From Azolla caroliniana (taxonomy: Eukaryota > Plantae > Polypodiophyta), in NCBI GenBank assembly GCA_043228905.1, contig JBHGNT010000007.1, positions 18,414,001 through 18,478,000 on the forward strand: a DNA stretch of 64,000 bases, in the 5' to 3' direction. The translations under genes and the position numbers were made by a program. The notes below the pieces were generated by a model. The model was not told the origin of the DNA. It saw only the letters and a list, made by a program, of their open reading frames with translations, and did not search any database. Positions 54,532 to 64,000 of the stretch are shown piece after piece (positions within the stretch are counted from its first letter, which is position 1; every line of letters starts with the position of its first letter).

Positions 54532-54629
54532 AAAATAAGCTCAGAAATGTGTGCAATGTATCTTCACTAGTAATCAAGGTAATTCTACAGCCAGGCTTGG
54601 CTGCCATGCACTCTGATCTCTTCATTGCT
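54532..54629 (-). ncRNA. Putative Pol III box C/D-like RNA, copy L4
   Basis: USE 54686-54695, start at 66 bp; hairpin GCAGCC..GGCTGT retains pairing through a G-U pair. Confidence 0.6.
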
Positions 54630-55779
54630 GATCAGAGGCCTTTGTTCTTGTCTAATTTATATGCTTGCTTTAATTGGAGACTTTTGAATGTGGGATAAAT
54701 GTAGATAGGAAAGCTGGATGCACCTTCCATAGACTCTGCACTTCTCATGACCCGAGTGTAAAAAGCTTTTTTAACATTTTCTGTTTTTGCTATCTCATGG
54801 CTCAAGATCAGAGATTTGAACTAGTGATTATTGACAGTACAGCATATGCACTCTAATTTACATGTTATGTTTGGTAACTGTATATGTATGTATGTCTACA
54901 TGTACATGCTGCTGCTATGGATGTATAATATGTATGTCACATGTGTTGGAGATGTCCCAAATGCAGAGACAGACAGAAACCCTAATCATATCTATGTGTT
55001 CCAAGTAAATGCATACTTTAAATTGCTACAAGGATTGTGTTTGTATGGTGAAGAAAATTGTATCTTATGGAGATCTAATAATGATCTCACACTCTATACC
55101 ATCATTATATCAATAAGAATAACCAAAAAAACTCCCAAATTTTAGACCACCATAAGGGAAGTGAGTGAATTTTGTTTTGGACAATTACCTATTCCTATAT
55201 GTATGCATGCTTCATTTCTTTCTGGATGACTGGATCAATCCATTGAATAGTCACCGCGATGCAGAATGGCCTATGATCGAAACAACTTTCAGAATTGATT
55301 GATTTTGTTGATGCAATGGACCGGAATCAAATCTAAGGACAAACACCTCTATATAATATGCAGAATATGTTCATCATCCATTACAAGAATGAGGCAAGAT
55401 ATAATTGTTGAATGCAAGAAGTGACATCCCAATAATAAAAAATCCATGTTTTGTGGTTGTGGATATCAAACAAAGCTAATAATCCACATATCTCAATCAA
55501 TTGTGGCCAAGAGGAGGACCAAATTTCCTTCCACAATGGCAATGGCCACGAGGTGGGTGAACTGCACAATCTCGTTGGGCACTAAAGAAAACCACAATAT
55601 TAAGTTTTTGCAAAATATCATGTATGCATGGAACCATACCTTAGGTAACTAACTATGCACGGATGGAACCATACCTTAGGTAACTAACTATGCACGGAGT
55701 TATACCTTGGGTAAGTAACTATGCATGGAGCTATACCTTAGGCAACTAAGGGAGCAATGAAGAAGTACAAAACGTCAAG

Positions 55780-56060
55780 ATTGAATGGATACTAAGGCTC
55801 GAGCTCAAGCTAGGTGGAAGCCTACAATGACATAATGCTCGCCTAGTTGCCAAAGGTTGCAATCTAAGTACAATGCAAAGACTCCAAGGGTACTTAGATT
55901 GGGTACTCTTGGATTCATTTGTCCAATCTTCTATACATCATAATCCATCAAATCCACATTCAAACTACTTTTCTAAATGGAGATTTCGATACCATGATCC
56001 GGTCTCCATAATTCCATGATCCAGCTAATCGCGACTATGTCTGTCTTCTAGCTATAATAC
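55780..56060 (+). mobile_element. Decayed Ty1/Copia reverse transcriptase remnant
   Basis: Reads EWILRLELKLGGSLQ*HNARLVAKG and IHQIHIQTTFLNGDF, degenerate forms of the Copia RT motifs KARLVAKG and HQMDVKTAFLNGDL. Confidence 0.7.
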
Positions 56061-56435
56061 ATAAAATAGACATTCAACACAAGGTTTTCTAAATTTGAAA
56101 TTAAGACATTCAACATGCTGTGGCTATCCTTCTAAACATCATAATACATGATACAGACATTGAAAAATCCTTTCAATAATGGAAATTTAGATCTGATGTT
56201 GATGTGGAACAACCTCTTTATTCCAAGATCCATACATCCATACCATGAGAAATTAGATGAATCTTGTGACTTGCATGAAAGCCCTTGTTTAAAATACCCA
56301 ATTAAAATCAATAAAACAATTAAGATCCTCCTCTTTCATCTATAATGCTTGATGTAGATGAAGTTCAATTAACTTCACAAACTATGCTTTCCATCCACTA
56401 TGGGGTAAAAACGGAGAATGAAGATAGAAGTGGAG

Positions 56436-56488
56436 AAAAAAATTTGGACCATTTCTCGATTTGTGCGTGTCATCCTTGCGCAGGGGCC

Positions 56489-56520
<32 letters not shown>

Positions 56521-56540
56521 TCAGATGTCCCCGAAGGGAC
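56436..56540 (-). ncRNA. U6: U6 spliceosomal snRNA
   Basis: Full canonical copy; USE 56598-56607, TATA ~56565-56574. Confidence 0.97.
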
Positions 56541-59245
56541 AAAGATATAGTAATTCTCTGCAGATATATATATACTTCTATATCTTATGGGCCTTTGTAT
56601 GTGGGACTTATAATAGAATCCTTTGATGGAGCATTCATTCATTCATTCATTCATTCATTTCATAGGTTCTTTTAAGGCCCTTTGATTCTTCTTCTTGTAA
56701 CTTCTATGGGGTCACTCTCTAGTATATGCCAAGTGCAATTTGTGGTTCATGGTCACGATATGATTAGGGGGATATAGTATCCAAAATATTTGCTTGTGAA
56801 CTCGACAAACAGGATGATCCACCCATCCAGCCAATTGTGGCATATGATTCTATAATCATTGCCTTGGAGGCCAGTTTCCACAAAGTTTCGTAGCTCTCCT
56901 ATGGAAATCCCCCATTCCACAATGGCTTGATATGGAAAACCCAAAGTGCAAGATCGATTTCTTGCATCTCTCAATTACACCTCCACAATGTATTGTGCTT
57001 GCGTTTTTTTAGCAAATATACACAATAACAATAAGATGTGGTTGTGCTTTGGATTCTATGTTGGTTCGTTTTGTTGACAAAATCAAACAGTTGCGGCATA
57101 CAAGTACTAGTCATAATATGTCCACCAAGGTGAATACTCGATCAACTCCATTTCTCTAGCACACGATTACCATCTTCGTGACATATATTAATTTTATTGG
57201 ATAAGTTTATATTCCTCGCACATGTCATCTCTATAACATACAATCATAGTCCAATCTTCTCCATATATTATAAGGTGCTTGTGTCAAAAAGTGTAATAAG
57301 GTCGAAATTAGGTCAGAGTGGAATCCATGGCTTTTGACATATTACTATAACGATACAATGTGACATGTTTGAAGGGACAGGAGGCTCCTTGTTTGCATGC
57401 ATAGAGGAAACAATGGCCACCTAATGATAGGTTTTAGCTTAACCCACATGCAAATAGTTGAATTTATTAATTCCTATAAAATGTGGAAGATGAAGTTCAC
57501 TTAATTGTGAGGTGAGTGGTGCATAGTAGTTATAACCGAGCTAGGTGATTACCTTCAATATCATATGAAATCATGACCATACCCAACCTTGAGCTCAATT
57601 TGGTACCACTAAGGAATGTAATTCAATCAACAATCAATAATGTTCCATTAATTTATAAGCTCTATTTAGTTTAAGACATTTGAATTTGGGATACATTAAA
57701 CTCTTTGTTATTAGTTAGGAAGCCATTTTTTGGGTGCACCTTGCATACCCTACACTTCTCAAGACATGAGTCGAAAAGCTTTTTAGCAATTTCTTCTTGC
57801 TGATCTCGTGATTTAGATAATGAGAAAATAACTCATGTTTTCTTTATATTCCATTTGAACTTAGCAAATAGCTTTAAGGAAACCCTACCATAGTGTTATT
57901 TTGGGGGGCAGGGGGGACACCTAGCCAATATGTCAATCTAATTGAAATTTGGGAATTACATTTTATGCATGTGATTTTGGATGCAGTTTACTATACTTAT
58001 ATTCATTGTAGGTGCCAATTTAACAATAACAAGATGAACGAAACTTATTTCTACATTCTACCCTTTTTGCCAAGCATTTTTTCCCGGCTCATGTACTCAC
58101 GTGGTCAACTTCCCGGTGACTCTAGGAATCTTCATGTGCTCTTCCTCTTCGTGTGATAACAACACACAAGCCTTTGTGTGGTGTAACACATAAACCTTCT
58201 ATGTGTCGCAATTACCAATAACTCTCAGCCTGTTGGGTATCAGATCCCTATGGATTAACATGAAAAGTGGAACCCGTAGATACAAAACACGAGCCTTTGT
58301 GTGGTGTAACAGATAAACCCATTTGTTCCGGGATGAATATCTTTGCACCACATAGCCACGAGAGTCCTAAGTATGCGGTTTATTTCACCTTAGTGGATGT
58401 CCCCCACAACAATTGTATGAAGCAACTTTACCCAAAGGTCCTAAAATTCCATCCATCTAGGTACCTAGGAACTTAGTGTCGCGACTTTGACTCCCCCCAT
58501 CCATCCATTTTCTTTTACTTGAAATTTGTTGTCCAATACTACGATTTTTTTATCTTAAAATTAGTGTCACGAACCTCACAAAATCCTCAAGACGTTAAGA
58601 TGTTGAACACCACCAAGATTTTCGTTTCGTGCTCGGAGTTTTTAAGGTAGAAGTTATTGTTGTGATCCTTAATTGAGACGCCAAATCATGAGATACAATC
58701 AAACTTTTTTTCCAAATATACAAAATCAATATAAGAAGATTACAACAAATTATAAAAATCATCATGATCAGTATTTGAAGGGTGCAACTAGTATTCTAGG
58801 ACTCTTATATGTAACTGATCAATCCGCATACACAATTAAACGATATTGAAAGCATATCTTACTTTAATTTAAAGGGTTTATTAATTTTACAATGGTTGAA
58901 TGTGGGATAAGTTAAATCCCATCATTAGAACACCATTGTTTCTTGATTCATGCAAAAGCAAGCCTAGTAGAACTAGTATGTACAAATACTACTCCATACA
59001 TGTATCTACTACTAGCATCGATCACGTTTCTTTTTTATTTTCACTTGTAATACCAAGTTTAATGCAAAAACTTGATGGTTGCAACATGATTCCACTATAG
59101 TTCTGATCGTGATCTTCAAGGATTTGAGCTTAATGTTGTGTGACATGCTAATGTTTCATCATGAAACCTAAGCACAGGCAAGATGACAAAGTTTAATTGT
59201 GAGGTTCCTTGTGGTTCCAAATTTGGGAGGTTTTTGATTCCTCAT

Positions 59246-59664
59246 TGTTACAAGCATGACCATAATTTATCTCGTGGTAGCTTGTATCATATTATTTTAC
59301 ACACGAGAATAAAAGTGTGAGGGTTAACCAAGAGTGTCAAGAAGAGAAGATTACATGTAATCCTCGGAATTGAGACAACACATAAGGGCCAAGTGTGAAG
59401 TTATCTAAATGCCTTAGGTCTAGCCTATAAATATGAGGCCTAACTACCCTCATTAGATACAACATTCAACTACATCGAGACTCTTGTAGCAAGCGTACCA
59501 GTACCAAGTACGACTCGATGCCTCCGCTTCAATCCGTCTCGATCTCTCCGCTCGAGGGTGGTCGGGTGGATCAACACCTTTCTTTCGCCTTCTTTTTCTT
59601 TTGTACCTATCATTCTATCATTTATTTCCTTATTTCATGCCTACATTAGAAATCATCTCTAACA
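59246..59664 (+). mobile_element. Solo-LTR-like insertion (~420 bp)
   Basis: Begins TGTTA, ends TAACA, has an internal TATAAATA (~59427) and a pyrimidine-rich tract. It interrupts the flank motif ATTCCTCAT..CTCCATCTCC that is continuous in paralogues. No clean TSD. Confidence 0.55.
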
Positions 59665-60173
59665 CCTCCATCTCCATGACATACAATTATTAGAGTCCAA
59701 TCTCCTCCATACATAGTGGGCAAAGCATGTTTGGAAGAGTAAAACAAGCTCAAAAATATGTGCACAACAAAAGCTTTTTTTATTTCAATACCTTTTTATG
59801 TGGGATAATTTAAACTCTTGTAATTAGTTGGAAAGCCTCTCTTTTTTTATACACCCTACACTTCTCAAGACTTGAGTCTAAAGATGTTTACTATGGTTAG
59901 ATTACACGATGATATGTACATTAACATGACATTGTACCAAGCTCGATTCCTCGAAGAGGAGAAGCAAAGCTAATTGCATATCCACCTTCGTGACATATTT
60001 ATTATGAACTTATGACCAATGACCATAACAACTATCACAATTGTTTCATTTAAAGTTGATCCAATGAATCAATGTACATTCAAAGCACAAACACCTCTCC
60101 ATAGTATTTACCAAATGCAAGAAGGACACATTGTGAGAAATTCTAGAAGCTATGTTACACTTGGTTTCTCCAC

Positions 60174-60497
60174 CCTTGTTGTAAAATACTTAGCAAAAAA
60201 TATGTGTAGAATACGTATTCTAAGTATTCTAAGTTTTAAAAAAAATACTTAGAATATGTATTTTATAGATAAAATACGTTAAAAACTTAGAATACTTGTA
60301 AGATATGTTAAATACTTCTTCAAATTTATAGTTTTTTTTTCCATTTTTTTAAAAATGATAAATAATTGTTAAATATGTAGAATATGTCAAATTTTAAAAA
60401 ACGGCAGTTCTAAAATGTAGAATACGTGTAGAATACTTCAAAGTACATATTCTAAAATGTACTCTAAACATAGAATACGCATTTTTTAACAACTATG
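60174..60497. mobile_element. AT-rich hAT-like MITE
   Basis: 8-bp TSD TTCTCCAC (60166-60173 and 60498-60505), imperfect TIRs, internal TAGAATAC motifs. The paralogue at ~43210 (TTTTCCACATTGAG) is the empty site. Confidence 0.8.
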
Positions 60498-61109
60498 TTC
60501 TCCACATTGAGTGATTGTGGGACGTGGGTTTCACGAGGCAAGCAACGAACTTTGTACTAAGGATAATATCAAGACAATGATCATAAGCTCAGATTCACGT
60601 GATCATAATCTCCATGCATTTGGATCAATCAATCATATTTTCCAAGCTCAAAAGTGCATATTGATGATGAACCCATTGCACTTGGCATACAAGCAAAAGA
60701 TAAAACAAGGACCTAGCAACATATGAATGTTGGTTGATCATATTTAATATTATGTCAACACAAACAAATCATGAGTTTGTGTCTCCCCCTCCTCTTCAAG
60801 CAACTTAATCAAGCTTTACATTTCGACATGTTAATAATGGTTTCATTATGTATCCTAACATTTCCACCCTGATCTTCAAGGAACTGAACTTGAGATTGTG
60901 AACCATGAATGTTTCATTATCATGCAACCTAAGCATGGGCTATACAGATGACAAAGTTTAATAATTAGGAGCTTTCAATCGCTCCATTTGTTTGTGGTAC
61001 CAAACAAAGTATGGAGGTCTTTGATTCCTCAATAGTGATCTCCATCTCCATGACAATACCGGTAGTAGTCCAATCTCATCCATACATATAGAGAGAACTT
61101 TTGGAAGGC

Positions 61110-61207
61110 AAAAAGTAAGCTCAGAAATTAGTGCAGCATTTCTTCATTAGTTGTCTGGATAGAAATGCAGCCGGGCATGGCTGCTATGCACCGATCCCCT
61201 CATTGCT
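61110..61207 (-). ncRNA. Putative Pol III box C/D-like RNA, copy M
   Basis: USE 61265-61274, TATA ~61234-61241; AATGAGGG, hairpin, ATGAAGA, CTGAGCTTACTTTTT. Confidence 0.55.
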
Positions 61208-63297
61208 GAATGGTATGGCTATGTTCTTCACTGTTTTATAAGCCTGTTGTGGTATGAGACATCTGAATGTGGGATAAATTTAGATTGGAAAGCCATTTTC
61301 TGGATGCACCTTCCATACCCTCTGCACTTCTTGAAGACCTGAGTCTAAATAGCTTCTTTTTAGCATTTTTTGTTTTTGCTATCTCATGGCTCAAGCTCAG
61401 ATTTGAACTAAGTGATCATTGACACTACACCATATGCACTTTAATTTACATGCTATTTGGTCATGGTTAATATCTAAGTCACTATAACATATTTCATAGA
61501 ATTTCTTTTCCATGTTTTAGGTTTAAATAGCTCAACTAAACACATGGTAGATTACATGGATACATGGAAACTCACAAATGAGAAGGGATAGTAAGCACAC
61601 AAAGATAATCGTCTAGCCTTTAGAGATGGGTGCATGGTAGCCCAAGCCTGGCTGCAAGACAATCCTTGATTCTTTGTTAACAAGAGTTGTGCCCATTTTT
61701 TAGCCATCTCAAATTTTGCAAGAATTATTTGATATGGCCCAAGAGAAGGCTTGATCACAACTACAATTGTATGTATGTCATGGAGATTGTCTTTGGAAGG
61801 ATAGGACACAAGCAACTCTCGCCCTTGTGTTATGGACATGGTCCACAAAGGAGAAGACCTTGACTACGAGTCTACAACTATAACTGTATATCATGGAGAT
61901 TGTCTTGGGAAGGAGAGAACACATGGGGATCTCATTCTCATGTTAAGGAGATAGTCCTTGGAGGAGAAGTCCTTGACTAAGACTACAGTATTATGTTATG
62001 GAAACGGTATTTGGAATGAGCGAACACATAGGGATTTCATCCTTATGTTACTTAACATCAGCCTTAAAGTCTTGCTCCTTCTAATGCTCATCAAAATACA
62101 TATTACAAAGGTAATCATGTTCTCCCAATTAGTATGAAGAAACAAGCAGAGAATGAATGACAAAGGAGTGAAAGAGAATGAATGCCAAAGGAGTGAAAGG
62201 GATGCACATGTCTAAGTTTTGTCCACCATACTTTTAGCTTGCTCTTCGAGATTTTTGGCGTCACTTGCTACTAATGTTTTACAATTGGATGATCTACAAA
62301 CAATCTTATTGTCTAGAAGAAACCAATCTCATTACAGCCAACCCGAAGATTGTTCATTTATTACCTTCCAAAAAAGTAATGATAGTTCGAAATGAATATT
62401 CAAACTTGAGACCATTTCGCTCCAACCAAGCCTAATTGTACTTGCGTGACACTTATCATTTTGAATATTACAACATTGATAAATAGATCATGACGGCAAC
62501 ATCGATCTCAAACGACATATTGCCAAACTAAAAATCAAGGTTCCAAATTGTAACTATGTCAAAGTATCGGGACTCTCTCATGTATGCCATGTGTTAATAT
62601 ATGAAGCACACACTCCAACCAATCTGAATGTGGCAGGTGCGCTTGGGAAGATTCTTTGACAAGGAAATATACATGGTTAAGGGAGCGACGTTCCAATCTA
62701 GGGCATTAACATTCACCCTCGGGCTTTTAATTTGATAAATTTAGAGAACTCATACATTCGAACACTTCCACAAATTTCTTTAGCTCTATAGCTTAGCTCA
62801 AGCATCAAGGTCATGATTAGGAATTGCACAAATCCTTTATTTCCTTTAAATTCTCTCACAATTGAAACATATTCCATGTTTTGAGTTTAACAAAATATTT
62901 AGGTGTTTACGTTTCACATAGGCCTAGCACTACGAGAGTAATCAACACTGATTGGGTGAACATTCCAAAATCTGAAGTCAAATAGATCATCCTTGCTAAA
63001 ATATGACCGAAGCTTAACATTTCCCACACACATGAACACATGATGCTTAGTTAAGTGAGTAAATGAAATATATCACATACTTGTAAGTTGTCCTATGAAC
63101 TTTTTTCTATGATTTGACTACACAAAAAATACATTCTTACATGATACCTTAATTGAAGTCCTACACCAATCAAATATTTGCTTGCAAATTCAAAAATAAG
63201 TAGTCATTGTCAAATTAGAAACAAAGCTTACAAAAAAGGTGATTTTCTGATGAATAAGCCAACTTGCCAAAAGAAATTGATTTGTTGCTCTAAAACT

Positions 63298-63583
63298 GAC
63301 TATGTGCATAATTTATAAAATGCATTGCTTCAAATATGACTAAGAGACTAGAGTAACAATGAGGTGGTCATGCATGTTGTGTAACTTCTACCATAGACAA
63401 CTAATTCAATGTTCGTCTTGAATACACATATCAAGAGACTAGAGACTATGTGCATAATTTATAAAATGCATTGCTTCAAATATGACTAAGAGACTAGAGT
63501 AATAATGAGGTGGTCATGCATGTTGTGTAACTTCTACCATAGACAACTAATTCAATGTTCGTCTTGAATACACATATCAAGAG
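63298..63583. repeat. Tandem duplication 2 x ~146 bp
   Basis: GACTATGTGCATAATTTATAAAATGC... at 63298 and 63444. Confidence 0.9.
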
Positions 63584-64000
63584 AAAATGTTTTTTTTTAA
63601 ACTTAGGTCTTGATTACGAGTTGAGAATGATATCGATGCAAAACCTCACAAACCACAACAAGGGAAGCAAATGAAAATTGTTTTGTGCATTTAGCTATTC
63701 TTATCTGGATCTTATGGAAATGATCCTTGTATGGCAAAGAAAATTGTATCTCGTGGAGATCTAATGATCACACACTCTATAAGAGTAACCAAAGAAACTC
63801 CTAAAATTTAAACCACGTTAAGGGAAGTGAGTGAATTTTGTTTTGGACAATTAACCATTCTTATGCATGCTTCATTTCCGTGAGGATGACCAAAACAATC
63901 CATTGAGCATTTACCACAGTGTAGATGATGGAAACAACTATCACAATTGTTTGATTTGTTGATGCAATGGACCGGAATAAAATATTTTAGGACAAACACC

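Larger units (their letters stand above)
40750..54990. repeat. Tandem array of a 3423-bp unit, ~4.1 copies
   Basis: The ORF track repeats with period 3423 (e.g. 41663, 45086, 48509, 51932); internal copies look identical by eye and the ends are slightly diverged. Confidence 0.97.

Noticed and set aside
62300-62800. Possible LINE remnant
   Set aside because: No convincing RT or endonuclease motif readable by eye.

Overview
AT-rich eukaryotic DNA, most consistent with a non-angiosperm streptophyte (bryophyte, lycophyte, fern or gymnosperm type; species not determinable). Left part (2.9-15.6 kb, minus strand): a 16-exon gene that I could splice in frame by hand (~1298 aa), encoding an N-terminal cyclic-nucleotide phosphodiesterase, a membrane region and a C-terminal class III adenylyl cyclase, i.e. 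CAPE. One intron carries a 5'-truncated LINE flanked by a ~101-bp direct repeat. From ~17 to 61 kb there is no credible protein gene. This region is a much-duplicated cluster of plant Pol III snRNA-type (USE+TATA) transcription units: five full-length U6 copies (one probably a pseudogene), four truncated U6 copies, and about 12 copies of an unidentified ~95-100 nt RNA gene. That gene has box C / D' / C' / D-like motifs, a covarying hairpin, usually a T-run terminator, and the same USE-to-start spacing (65-67 bp) as the neighbouring U6 genes; it is the most interesting signal in the window. The region also holds a near-perfect 3423-bp tandem array, several smaller tandem repeats, MITE, solo-LTR and Copia remnants, and a telomeric seed at a rearrangement junction. 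All calls come from reading by eye; no database search was run.
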